Of a DNA stretch of 64,000 bases, positions 1-17,409 are shown one piece after another. The translations under genes and the position numbers were made by a program. The stretch's first letter is position 1; each line of letters opens with the position of its first letter. The notes beneath the pieces were generated by a model. The model saw only the letters and a program-made list of their open reading frames with translations, was not told the DNA's origin and searched no databases. The DNA comes from Neocallimastix sp. 'constans' (lineage: Eukaryota): contig JBODTK010000129.1 in the NCBI GenBank assembly GCA_050613775.1, positions 372,001 to 436,000 on the forward strand, in the 5' to 3' direction.

Positions 1-3588
<3,588 letters not shown>

Positions 3589-3657
3589 AAATTTATCTTT
3601 ATTTTAAATTTTTTATTCCGTATTCATTTAAATGATATTTTACAGAAGATTAAGTTA

Positions 3658-3689
<32 letters not shown>

Positions 3690-3811
3690 AAATAGTAGAA
3701 TTTTAATGAAGTAAAATAATTTTAAGCTTTTTTTTTAATAAAAAAAGTTACGAAGTATTATTATTTATTTATTTTTATTATTTGTATCCTACAGTAAGTT
3801 CTAATAAAATT

Positions 3812-3845
<34 letters not shown>

Positions 3846-6800
3846 AAAATTATTTTACTTTATTAAAATTCTACTATTTATTTATTTATTTTATTTATTT
3901 ATTTATTTATTTATTTTTTTTTTTTAAATTTTATTAAAATTTACTGGAGGATATAAATAATAAAAATAAATAAATAATAATACTTTTGTAACTTTTTTTA
4001 TTGTATAAATTTATATACTTATCCTTTTTATATACATATAAAGTTTTATCATTATTTTAAATTTATATATATAGTTAAGAAGAAAAAGATTAAAAATTTA
4101 ATATAAAAATATATTCAGTATAAATAATTGTACACAATATATTGATTTTTTATACTAATGAAAAAAAAAAAAAAAAATAAACTATATTTTAAATAATTAT
4201 GTTTAATAGTATTTTTGGGGAAATGATTTTTAATAAAATAAATAAATATAATCAAAAACAGAATATAATTTATGGAAATTAACAAAATAGCAAAATTTTG
4301 AATAAAATAAATATAATAAAATTAAATATTTATAGTATTAAAAATTTATATTTGAAATAAGGTATAATGATGATACGTGACCACTATTAATATGGTATTT
4401 AGGTAGATTCTTTAGGTTTAATAAATACTTAAATACTATTGGTCAGTAATAATTTTATAATAGTATATATAATTTTTGAATAATAATTATTAAACGGAGA
4501 ATTCTTTTATTTATAAGTTTATACTTATGATAAATTAATTCACATATATAGCTAATTTTATATTTTAGTTTAGTATAGTTAAAGAGAGAGAAAATATATA
4601 AATATTTGAGATAATTAATTATAATATTTATATATAAGAGTAATAATAATAATTGATGTAATAATTAATAATTAATAATAAATAAAGAGAATATTAAAAA
4701 AAGATATATTTATTGCTTTATTTTGTGTTATTTCTATTTAATATTAGAATATATTATTTTGTCATAATTTCCTATTGTCATTGCCCATAAATAAATATTA
4801 ATTTAGATACATAAATAAAATATCATAACAATGGTAGTATAGCACTGTAAATTTATAATAATAATATTTAATCTTTATTTTATATATAAAATTAAAAACA
4901 AAAACATTGAATAATTAATTTAATATTAAATAATTAAAGTTTTTTCTTTTTTTTTTTTTTTTTAATTTATTATTATTTCTGTGAATTTTGAATTTTTTTA
5001 ATATAATTAAATAATAATAATAAAATAGTAAAAAAGAAACAAATTTAATAAAAATTTAATTTTTATATATAATAAAATTTGTATATATTATATATTTTTA
5101 TAATACATTTTTATATTTTACATAATATATGTATATATAAAAAAAAGGAGATTTTTTAAATAAACTTTATGTAATTTACATTTAATAAATTTTAAATTTT
5201 ATATAATTATTTATATAGAAAATTTATTTGGATATTTAAATGTGTTAGATAGTAATGTAAAAATTTCAAATAATTATTATATGTAAATTTAATATTTTTA
5301 TAAAAAAAAAATTATATTTACAACCATTTATATTATATATAAAATGTGAAATATGTAATTTATATTTTTAATTTATATATATATATATTTTATTTATAAA
5401 ATTTAATGTCTAATTTATAAAAGAATCTTTTTCAATGTAGAGTTAGGTTCGGTATTTGATATGTATATAAATATATCATTGATGCTTTTTATTCTGAAGT
5501 TGCCATTTTAATACTTACTAAAAGATTTTTCTTTTGGTTGATTATTTCCTTATATAGGTTACTATCCTTGATATTTGATAAGATTTTTTTTATAACAATA
5601 ATTAGTAAAATTACTTTTTTTTTTTATTTAAATTTACAAATATCATTGATATATAAGTATTATGAGTCTGTTTTATTTTTATTTTTTTTTTTTTTATTAT
5701 GTTATTAATCGTATGAACTTTTTTTATCTTCTATTATTAAGCTTTTTATTGTTAATATTTTTAAAAATTAAAAAAAAGGACCAATGAGAAACATTTTTAT
5801 TGAATGAACAATACTTTATTTAAATTCGTTATCTTGTATAAAAAAGTATAAAAAAAAAGAAAAAAGAGATAAAAACAATAAAAATTATATATTTTTTCAT
5901 TATTCATTGTTCATAATTATATATATTTATTATTTAAAACTTTTTTTTTTATTATTTATTTTTGAAAATATTTATTTTAATATTTCATTATTTTAATATT
6001 TCATTATTTTTAAATTTTAAATTTTTAATTATTACTTATGATTAATTTTAAAATTAATTAAATATAGTTTATTATTAATTATATAATAATTTTATTTTTT
6101 TATATTAATAATATAAAATTTTCTTTTTTATATAATTAAATAAAAATAAACTTTTATTTTATTTTTATTTAATTTTATTTTTTATATATTAATATTTAAT
6201 ATAAATATTGATAAAAAAAGTTAATTAATTCTTATATTTTTGTATATTAGAGATTTCCTAACTAAAATCTAATATTATTTGTTCATAGATACGTTCTTAA
6301 AAGTAAATTAATAATTACTTTAATAAATATCATTCTTTTTAATAAATATAAAACTTTAAATAAACTTATTTTTTTTTTTTTTTTAATATTTAATATATTA
6401 TATGAATTTTTATTTTATCCATAATTAAAATATTTAAATAATTTAAAAATTTAATTATTTGAATATATATATATAAATATATTAAATATATTATAATATG
6501 TCATATAATATTAGTAGGTATTATATAATGATAAATATTTCAATTAATATCAAATATTCAAAGTATATATTCATTAGTTATTATGTTATTATAGTGTATT
6601 AAATAATTATAAATATTTCATTTTTATTTTTAATAATTAAAAAAAAAAAAAAAATTAATTTAAAATTATTTTCATTATATATTATTGTAAAATTAAAAAG
6701 TTTAATTGGTAGTATTTTTAAACCATAGTTTTTTATAATATCTATATTATTAAAATAAAAAAGAAAAAAAAAAAAAACGGCTTTTTTTTTTATCTTTATA

Positions 6801-7237
6801 AATACTATTATTTCCTTTTTTATTTTTAATATTTTTATCTTTATTCTTTTATTTTTAAAAAAGATATAAGAATAAAAATCAACATACTATTTTTTTTTTT
6901 TTTATTGTTTAAAAATATATTAAATTAATTATAAATCATTTTTATTTATTTATTTTTATTTAAAAATTAAATAACATACTATTATTATTATTATAATTAT
7001 TATTATTATTATTATTATTATATTTTTGTTATATTTTTGATGCTCTATTGATATGAACAGTTAAAAAAAATTATTCTATTAAAATTATATGTATATAAAA
7101 GAGAATTAATATTAAATTTAAATTATTAAAAAAAAAATAAAGAAAATTTACATTTTAAATTATAAATTGAAATTAGAAATTTTAATAATAAAACAAAAAA
7201 TAGAAACAGAAAAGAAATTTATTAAAGGCTTTATAAT

Positions 7238-9418
7238 ATGTATGTATTAAAATATATAAGAATGAATAAATTATTAGTATTGGCCTTTGTAATACAATAT
7301 TTGAAATTATATATTTATGCTAATGCAATATATACTCCCCCAAGAGTTCACAAAATTTATGAAGAAATTGCTATTTCAAATGAACATAATTTTGTAAATT
7401 CGATACATACATTAATAAATGATACAGATTTACAAAAAGAACAGTTTAAACAAATAAAGGAAAATAATTTATCAAATAATATATTTTCAAGAATTATAAA
7501 TAAATTTATAAGGAATAGTTCTTCAAAAAATATCATAGCGACACAAAATATTGCTTCACCAAATGACTATAAAGAAATAGCTATAAATCATTTAATAAAT
7601 GAAGTTGGTATTACAAGAGAAGAACTTATTATAAAAGATATTATTACTGATGGTGGTCTTGTTAATATTCATTTTCGCCAAGTTATTGGTGGTAAAGAAA
7701 TATCAAATGTTGCAGCTAATGTCAATATTCATAGAAAAACAGGAAATATTATTTCATATGGTAGTACATTAATACCAACAATTATGAAAGATACTTCTCA
7801 AGCTGGAATTAATATGAATATGAATATTGTTCCGGTTTTATCAATTGAAAAAATATATAATTCTAAATTTGTTTATGGTAATGAAGGAACAAAATTAAGT
7901 ATAAATGACGTTATATTAAAATTTTCTACTATTCTTGGTTATAATGTTGATGTTAATCAATTAGAAATGGTAGAAAATGGACGTCCAGATATAATTACAA
8001 TAAAAGGTGTTGGTTATACTTATGATGATACTATCGATGTTGCAGAAAAAGTTATTCCTTTAAATGTTGATTCATTTGACAATGTTTATGAATTAAATGT
8101 TGAATTGGAAGATCATTATTTGGTAGCTGATATTTCAACAACAACTGGAGAATTATATGATATTTATGATTTAGCTAGAAGTGCAACATTTCGTGCTGTT
8201 CCATGGTATAATTTCGATATTAGCCAAGGAAGTGAACTTTTCATTGATCCAGAAAATAAAAGAGCTTCTCCAGTAGGATGGAATAGAGATGGTAAATATC
8301 TTTATTATTATACCAATGGTAATAATGTTAAAGCAGTACTAGATCGAGATGCTACTCTATCTTATTCTGAAAATACGAAATTCATTGCTACTTCCACAAA
8401 GAAAGAATTAATTTTTGATTACTATTATAATAGCTCTGCAGTCAAAGCTAGAGATAATTATCAAGCAGCTGTTACAAACGCATTCTATATTGCTAATATT
8501 TTGCATGATTTTTATTATATGTATGGTTTTACAGAAAAATTTGGTAATTTTCAAACCAACAATTGGGATAAAGGTGGTGAAAGTAATGACCAATTAATTA
8601 TTCTAATTCAAAATTCAACTGGTAATAATAATGCATATATGATTACTGGAGCTGATGGTAAAAATCCAAGAATGAAGATTTTAGTATATAATAGAATAAA
8701 GGGGTATGAAAGAGATTCAGCTTTTTCTAATCAAGTTATTGTTCATGAATATACCCATGGAGTTACTGCAAGATTAGTAGGGGGACCATCACAAACTGGT
8801 TGTTTTAAAGATCCTGAAGCTGATTGTATTAATGAAGGTTTATCTGATTTTTTCTCACTTCTGTTAACCATTAAAGAAGGTGAAAATCGTAGTAAAGAAG
8901 TTACTTGGGCTGAATGGCTTTCCAATGGTACCTCCAGAAAATATAAATATTCTATGAACCAGAATGTAAATCCATTAACTTATAAAAATTTATCACATTC
9001 TAAAGGAAGTGAAATTGAAGCTCATTATGGTGGTCAACTTTGGGCTTCTATAATGTATGATATTATATGGGAAGTCATTGATGAATATGGTTTTTCAAAT
9101 AATATTTTATTAAATTCAAATGGTCGTGATCAAGTTTACAGTTTAGAAGTTAATTCTGCAAATTTACCAGGAAATATTCGTTTAGCAAAAATTGTTGTTG
9201 ATGCTTTAAAACTTATGCCATGTAATCCGACCTTTTTAGAAGCTAGGGATTCAATATTTTTAGCTCAACGACAATTCTCCAATTTTAAAAGAATGAGATG
9301 TTCACTTTGGAGAGGTTTTGCTGCACGTGGATTAGGTGTTAATGCTAAAGGACCTTCCATTGATTCTTCAGGAAATGTTGAATATATTAATAATTATGAT
9401 ATCCCAAGTGATTGCTAA
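7238..9418 (+). CDS. Fungalysin (peptidase family M36) extracellular zinc metalloprotease, intronless, 726 aa
   Basis: Signal-peptide-like N-terminus. FTP-like propeptide (NIHFRQVIGGKEISNVAANVNI). M36 motifs HDFYYMYGFTEKFGNFQ, HEYTHG (HExxH), NEGLSDF (third Zn ligand), HYGGQLWA, PCNPTFLEARD, WRGFAARGLG. True start may be the second Met at 7262. Confidence 0.95.
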   Translation: MYVLKYIRMNKLLVLAFVIQYLKLYIYANAIYTPPRVHKIYEEIAISNEHNFVNSIHTLINDTDLQKEQFKQIKENNLSNNIFSRIINKFIRNSSSKNIIATQNIASPNDYKEIAINHLINEVGITREELIIKDIITDGGLVNIHFRQVIGGKEISNVAANVNIHRKTGNIISYGSTLIPTIMKDTSQAGINMNMNIVPVLSIEKIYNSKFVYGNEGTKLSINDVILKFSTILGYNVDVNQLEMVENGRPDIITIKGVGYTYDDTIDVAEKVIPLNVDSFDNVYELNVELEDHYLVADISTTTGELYDIYDLARSATFRAVPWYNFDISQGSELFIDPENKRASPVGWNRDGKYLYYYTNGNNVKAVLDRDATLSYSENTKFIATSTKKELIFDYYYNSSAVKARDNYQAAVTNAFYIANILHDFYYMYGFTEKFGNFQTNNWDKGGESNDQLIILIQNSTGNNNAYMITGADGKNPRMKILVYNRIKGYERDSAFSNQVIVHEYTHGVTARLVGGPSQTGCFKDPEADCINEGLSDFFSLLLTIKEGENRSKEVTWAEWLSNGTSRKYKYSMNQNVNPLTYKNLSHSKGSEIEAHYGGQLWASIMYDIIWEVIDEYGFSNNILLNSNGRDQVYSLEVNSANLPGNIRLAKIVVDALKLMPCNPTFLEARDSIFLAQRQFSNFKRMRCSLWRGFAARGLGVNAKGPSIDSSGNVEYINNYDIPSDC

Positions 9419-9491
9419 ATTAAAATTTAAATAAATAAAAAAAAAAATTTTTTAATATAAAAATTTTAAATTTCTAATTAAAATATTACCC

Positions 9492-9525
<34 letters not shown>

Positions 9526-9855
9526 AATGAGCATAACAATTAGAAAAAAAAAAAAATAATTATAATAATTTAAAAAGTATATCCATAATTTATTTTTCTA
9601 TATCTATAAAATTTTGTTATTTTCATCATATATATCAATTTATCATTTATTATAATATCATTTATTTTATTGATTTTTCATATCTATTGTAGATATAATT
9701 ATTAAAAATCTTTTATTTTATTTTTTATTTTTTCATTATTATTATTATTATAATAATTATAATAAAAATAAATAAATAAAAAAATAATATTATAGAAAAA
9801 AAAATATTATAAACTTAAAATAGTGTAATAATATTAATTAAAGTTTATTTTTATT

Positions 9856-9898
<43 letters not shown>

Positions 9899-11492
9899 CA
9901 ATTAAATAATAAATTAAGATAATATAAATAGTTGTAAATATAAATATAAAATAAAATAAAATAAATAGTAGAAATATAAATATAAAAAGAAGTACAGATT
10001 GAACAAAATAGATTAAAAAAATAGTAGAAATATAAATATAAGTACAGATTGAATAGAATAAAATAAAATAAATAATAAAAATATTAAATACAGATTTGAA
10101 TTAATTAAAATAAAATTAAAAAAAAAATAAAAATAAAAATAAAATGAATAAATAAATAAAGAAATAAAGAAAAAGAAATATAAAATTAAATATAAAATTA
10201 AATTTGATAAACAATTACAAAGTAAACAACTTATTAAATAATTTTTTTTTTTTTAAATTATTATCAAAACAATTTATTAAAATTTATAATAAATTAATTA
10301 AAATTTATTAATTTAATATGAAAATTTTTTTTAAACTATTATATTATAAAGTTTTTAAATTGATATAAATATAATTAATTATAAATTACTATAATTATAT
10401 TATTTATTATTTGTTTGGTATTTATAATAATTAAAATTTTAACTTTTTAAATTAAAATTAATATTCCATAAAATACATTTATATTTATTTATCCGCTATT
10501 TTTAAATTTAATTTTTTTTTTATTTTTTTTTATTTTTTTTATTTTTTTTTTTAAATATAATTTATCATTAGTGAAAAATGATAATCATATATTTGAGTAT
10601 AATATTATATTAGTTAAGTATTTACTATATTTTCAAAAGAAAGAATGAGTCATATATAAAATAAAAAAAAAATAAAATAAAATTTTTTAACATTTTTCTT
10701 TTATAAATATTAAATATTAAATATTCATGTTTAGAAATTAATAAAAATAATATATAAAAAATAAAAATAATAAAATAAATAGTTTATATTTATTTATTTG
10801 TATAAATATACTAATAATAGCTAATTGTATGTAATTTTTATTATTATAATTAAACATTAAAACTATGAACTTATCATATAAATCAAATTAATAAATTTAT
10901 GTTAAATTTTTTTATTTTTTTTTTTATTTTTTAATCAATGAATAAAAAAACAAAAATATCTTATATATATATATTTAAGATATTTTTTTAAAATTAATTT
11001 TCTATTCATATAATTTTTTCTATCAATAAAATTTTAGAAATTTTAAATACTATAAATAAATTTATTATCTTCATATTTATACAGCTTATTTTCTTAATTT
11101 TGTTGATTTTATTTTTTAACTTCTTATAATAATTATTATTTTCTTAATACTTTAAGTATAATAGTTAAATTTTTAATTATACCAAAATTTTATTTCTTAA
11201 TATTAGAAAATTAATTTTAGTAACACCAGAATTTCATTCCTTCATAAAAAAAAATTACTATATAAATTACTAAAATATTAAACTATTAAACTATTAAAGT
11301 ATTAAACTTATCTCATTATAGTTATATAACATTTTTTTTCTGCAGTAATAAAATCTCAAAAAAAATTTTATTATTATATAAAAAATCTAATCAATATCTA
11401 AATAATTTAAATGTTAATATATTAAAAATTTTTATTTTCACTTCAGGATTACAATTATGTTGTATGCTTTAACTTGGATCAAAAATGAAAAA

Positions 11493-11591
<99 letters not shown>

Positions 11592-12968
11592 ATATATATA
11601 TATATATAAATAAATAAATTAACAAACAAACAAACAAATATATAAACAAACAAACAAATAGATAGATAAATAAATAAGAAGTTAATATTTTTTGTATAAT
11701 CAAAGAAAAATAAAGTAAAATAAAATAAAAAGAAATAATCATAATGATACATATATTTATAAATTAAACTAATGATAATAATAAATAGATTAAAAATATA
11801 TACAATATATAAAATAATAATAAAAAAATAATTAATATTTAGATAATATAGTTGTATAGTAAAACATGGGATATTCAATTAAATATTTTACCATATAAAT
11901 TTAACATATTGAATGATTTAGTGATAAAATCCATAAAAATAAAAATATAAATAAAAAATACACTATATAGATATAAATTTTCATTTATTTATTTTTATAT
12001 ATTATATATATAATATATATAGTTTAATTATATTTTTATTTCAATTTTCATTTATTAAAAAATTACATTTATAAAATAAAACTATTTAAGTTATATGATA
12101 AATGCAATATAAAGGTAATTAATTTATAATCTATCTTTTTATTATTAATTTATTATAAAAAATAAAATAATAGTTAAAATATAGATTAAAATTTTAAAAT
12201 ATATACCCCAAAATTTAAAATTTTATCTTCTCAATAAAGTATTTAATTTAAAAATAAAAATAAATGAAATTTATATAGATTTTTAATAATTTTTTTAATG
12301 GTGTCTTGATTTTGATTAATTCGTAAAAATCATTTTAATAATATGATACAAAATAAAAAATTTTTAAATAAAGTTACATTAGCCTGAGATATTGTATATT
12401 TATGATAAATTTAAAATTAAAATTAATTAATAAAATAATATTAACATAATAATGTATAATTTTAAGTAACTAAATTATAAAAAACTATAATATTTTATTA
12501 ACCTTAATAATTATAATTAGTAACAAAATTGATCAATTTCAATTGTTATTCTTTAATAATTCCTTTATTTAATGACTTCGTTATAAAAAATGTCTTTTTT
12601 AATTAAAAAAGACAATGTTAAAAGATATAATATAGAATTACATTATATAAACGTATTTCTTTTTGTTATATGCCACATTATATGATATACTATTATATTA
12701 ATCTTATTACACTAATATTAATTATATATTTATAATTATATATAAAACTAATATCAAATATATTTAAATTGCTTATTTTTATTTAATAATATTAAATTTT
12801 GCTTCTAACAATTTTTTAAAAAATTTTATTAGATTTAATAAAAGAAAATAAAAAAATTTAATTAAAAAATATTAATTTTTTTTAATTTAATGTTTAAATT
12901 TTTTTATTATTTTAAAATTATGTAAAATTTTATATTATCTGTTAAAAATAAAATCATATTAAATTAAA

Positions 12969-13014
<46 letters not shown>

Positions 13015-13211
13015 ATTTTAATAAATAGTAATTATTAGTATTAGAAAACTAACAATAATATTAATATTAATATTAATTATAATAATTGTAATAATATTAA
13101 GAATAAATAGTACTAATTAATTATAATAATTAAAATAATAATTATACTTAAAAAATTTATTATTACTTATATTATTATTCATTAATGACGATTATTAATT
13201 ATAATTTTAGT

Positions 13212-13861
13212 TGTTAACTTCAATAAAATTACATCATAAATAAATATAAAATAATTATTAAAAAATGTATTTATAAATATGTATTATGTTAATTAATTAA
13301 TACGTTTATTTTATGTTTATTTTATATTGCAAATATTTTGCGAAACTTGTATATATGTAACAAATGTATTCGGGTGATATATATTCACTATATAATATTA
13401 TGAATGGACTATCCATTTAATTCAGATTAAGAGTCTTATTTAATTTTATTATTAAATCTAATAAAATTTTTTTTAAAAACCAAGTCGTCTCAAGAGACTT
13501 CTTTAGCTAAAGACCAAAGCCATCACAGAAAGTCAAACTTCAACAAGTGGAAGTTTCTTATTTCAAATGCTGCCAAAACTTATGGTATTAAGGAACTTTT
13601 GAAAGCCGATATTATTGGTCATTTAAATAATGAATTTCTTTATATACGTTTTTATAAATGGTAATGATGCAACCAACAGGCACCGAAAACAATAAGAGAA
13701 GAAATCATTAAATTATTTAGAAAATTCAAGAGACTATAGTAATTATAATAATAAAACTACTTTAAAATACGTCAGAAGTGAAGACTACTCTGATAATGTC
13801 AGCAATTATGATGAAAACTTTGATTTTAATTTTGTTTTTGAAGATGCTAGATCTCTAATGT

Positions 13862-13892
<31 letters not shown>

Positions 13893-14790
13893 TAAAATAA
13901 TAAATGTACTGGAGGTTATTCCATATAATAATAAATATACTTATGATTATAATGAAATTAACAATGAATCAATCGATTATATAAATCATAATAAAGTAAT
14001 AACAAATAATGTTCATGGTTTTATGATACAGGTTCAGGCGAGCATGTGACAAATGATAAATCTTTACTTATTGAAAAATTATGTTGTGCAAATGATTCGA
14101 TTAGCCAATTTGAAGAAAATGGGACATATGAATGTTTCATAAATAAACAATTCAATAAGTTTGAAAAAGTTTTATTTTCTAAAAATGTTCACAACAATCT
14201 TATTAGTGATAGAGAACTTGCAAAATCAGGATTTATATCATTAATTGACTCTTCTGATGGGAAAAAAAGCAAGATTAAAATTATGGGATAAGAATAAAAT
14301 TAATTTAGATACTTTCTTATCATCTAAATATAATCAATTTCCTATCAAAACATAAAGTTTCAATACTATAAAAACAATAAGAAATGATAATAATACATAT
14401 AGAATAAATAAGATGATAGAAGCTATGAAATATGGCGTAGAAAATTAGGCCATTTTTAACCGAAGTAATTGACCTAAATACCGAGACTTAACATAATATT
14501 AAAACTCCTCCATGCATTGACTGCAAAATTTCTAATATTAGGAGGGTATCTCACAAAGGCTAAAGAACCCCTGGAAATAAACCATTCAGATATTTTTTGG
14601 CCCATATAATTTATTTATTAATCATAAGAAATACTTCCTTACGATGATGGATTGCTTTTGAAGAAAGTCTGGATATTTACAATTAAACTGAAGGCTGAAG
14701 CTCCAGATGTAATAATAATTTTCTTTACTTACTTAAAAAATTAATTCAGAATTATACAATGAAAATATTTAAATTTGATGAAGGAAAATA
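13212..14790 (+). mobile_element. Degenerate Ty1/copia LTR retrotransposon, 5' part (putative LTR, PBS, protease, integrase)
   Basis: ..TTCA at 13424 followed by PBS GATTAAGAGTCT (13425-13436). Protease motif WFYDTGSGEHVT from 14016. KVLFSKNVHNNLIS. IWRRKLGHF and CIDCK (integrase HHCC) near 14430-14530. PLEI.HSDIFGP and KVWIFTIK (rve core) with frameshifts and stops. LTR start at 13212 (TGTTAA) is a guess. Confidence 0.85.
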
Positions 14791-15518
14791 ATTAAATAAA
14801 AATAAAAATAACTTAACTTAAATATTAATATTAATAATAAGATTATTAATAATTATTTTTATTATCATACGAAAAACTAATATTAATTTATTAATTATAT
14901 AAATAATAATTAATTAATAATTAAAATAATAAAAATTTAGTAGTTATTAATATTTCATTAAAATAGTTGTCTAGTAAAATAGTAATGCGATAATAGAAAT
15001 AATATAATAATGTAATAACATATAATAAGATAATTGGAAGTAATAATAAGATAATTAATAAGAATAATAATATTCATATAATAAAATAATTAATAGTAGT
15101 AATAAACACTAATAAAAATTTAAATTATACTAAATAGAAAATAGTGATAATGATATAATTAAGAGCAATAGTAATAATTAATAATAATATATCAGCTATA
15201 ATAGGAGTACTTATAATTTAATAGTTATAGTAATAATTTATAATAACAAAATAACTACTAATGATTAATGAAAATAATATCTATTATTACCTGGTTATAT
15301 GTCATATACATAATAAAATTATGTGTTCATAAATAAGATATACTCTTGAATTTAAATTAATTTTTAAATACTAAATTATTATATTTATTCTTTTATTTTA
15401 TTTTATTTTATTTTATTATTTATTGTTTGTTTAATTACTAATAGCTAATGCAATTACTTTTATTATGTATTTGAATAATTATTTCTTAATATAAAAAAAT
15501 CTATATAATTTGAAATAT

Positions 15519-16038
15519 TTATTTAATATCTTCTATATCCACAATTTTAATTTTTTTATTATTTCCCTTTTTTGACTGATCAACAACAAGTTGACCACAC
15601 GCTCCTGCAATATCATTTCCTTTACTTTGACGTATCGTAGAAGGAATATTATATTCTTTTAATATTTCTTTAAATTTTAATATATCCTCTAAAAGTGGAC
15701 TTTTATAATCTATATTTGGACTTTCTATTGAATTCCAAGGAATTAAATTCACTGTACATTTTATATTATTTAATAATTCACCTAATTCACGAGCTTCCTT
15801 TTCGGTGTCATTAACTTTATGTAATAATAAATATTCTATAAAAATTGAATTTTTTGTTTTTTCTTGATATTGTTTTATGGTATTCATTAATTTATCTAAT
15901 TTATAAGCTTTTTTTTTTTTTTTTTTTTTTTTAATAAAAATAATATAATTTAAATAATATAGTTGAGATATAAATGAATAAATATTAGAAAAAAAATATT
16001 TTATTATAATAAAAACATAATAATAAACAATAATTAGT

Positions 16039-16080
<42 letters not shown>

Positions 16081-17409
16081 TATATACATTATTATTAAAT
16101 ATAAAATATTATATATATAGTTAAAAAAAAAAAATAAAACAAAAAAAAATTTAAAACTTTATAGATTATTTATTTATTTAATTCTATTAAATACCTTTTG
16201 CTGTTGGAATAAGTTTTCTTCTTAATTCCTGATTTGGTGCATGTAAAGATAAAGCTAAATTACATTTTGGAAAATCATTAGCAAATGTCATTATTCTCGG
16301 AATTACACCAACTGTAGATAATGTAATATGTGAATTTTGTAATGCAAAAAATCTCGAATCTGTTAACTTTTTTTTTTTTTTTTTTTTTAATTTATAGATA
16401 TAAATAATTAAATTTCATTATAAAATTTAAGTTATTATAATAATTATAAAATATTAATGAGAGATTAAATTAATAAATGTTAATTATTATTTTAATTAAA
16501 GTTCATGATTAATTTAATAATATATTTAAAAAATTAAATTATACCATCTTTATAGCTGCCTTAATATTATTATAATTATTTAAAGGTTCACCCATACCCA
16601 TAAATACAATATTAGAAATGTCTGCAATATCTAATGCATGAACAAATTGCTCTATAATTTCACCTTCTGTTAAACTACCTTTCAATCCCATCGTGCCTGT
16701 TGCACAAAACGTACATGCCATTTGACATCCAATCTGCAATAATGTGGTATTATTTATAAAAACATAAAAAAAAAAAAAAGAATTGAAATTAAAATTATTA
16801 TTTTTTAATTAAATTAGATTTCTAATTTTTTTTTTTTTAATTATTAAATTAATTCATTATTTTGTTTAAGCATCTATTAATAATGTATATATATTTTTTC
16901 AATGATAATTATGATAATGTTCAAAATAAAAAGAAAATGAAAATGAAAAAAAAAAAAAAAATCAAATTTCATTATTTTATTAGAGCATTTAAGATTAATA
17001 TAAAGATTAAATATTAGATTAAATAGATTAATACCTGGCACGAAACACAAAGAGTAGCTCTTCTTCTTCCTGTTCCTTTTTCATCATTTCTAGTATCATA
17101 AAACATAATTACTTCCTCTATTTGACTTCCATCTTGTAATTCTATTAAAAGTTTTGTAGTACCATCTTCAGCTTTTTGAGCTCCTAATACTCTTGAAGTA
17201 CAAAATACAAAATTTTCATTTAATAAATTCATTGCTGCTTTTGGAAAATCTTTTATTTTTTCCCATGATTTTTGCTTTATATTCTTTGCTAAATATTTAT
17301 ATAATACATCTACATGAATTGGTTTTATATCATTCTTATTAAATAAGTCTTCCACTTTAGTTCTATCCCATATTGAATTTTGCTCTAACTTTCTTTTACG
17401 AGAAGACAT
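15519..17409 (-). CDS. rlmN: RlmN/Cfr-family radical-SAM RNA C2-methyltransferase (RlmN-like), 4 exons, 374 aa
   Basis: Exons 17409-17035, 16733-16545, 16366-16195 and 15907-15519 join in frame through GT-AG introns. Motifs: [24 protein letters not shown] (resolving Cys plus CxxxCxxC), [41 protein letters not shown] (methyl-accepting Cys). Confidence 0.95.

Noticed and set aside
8408..8925. Short ORFs overlapping the fungalysin
   Set aside because: Shadow frames of the real CDS.
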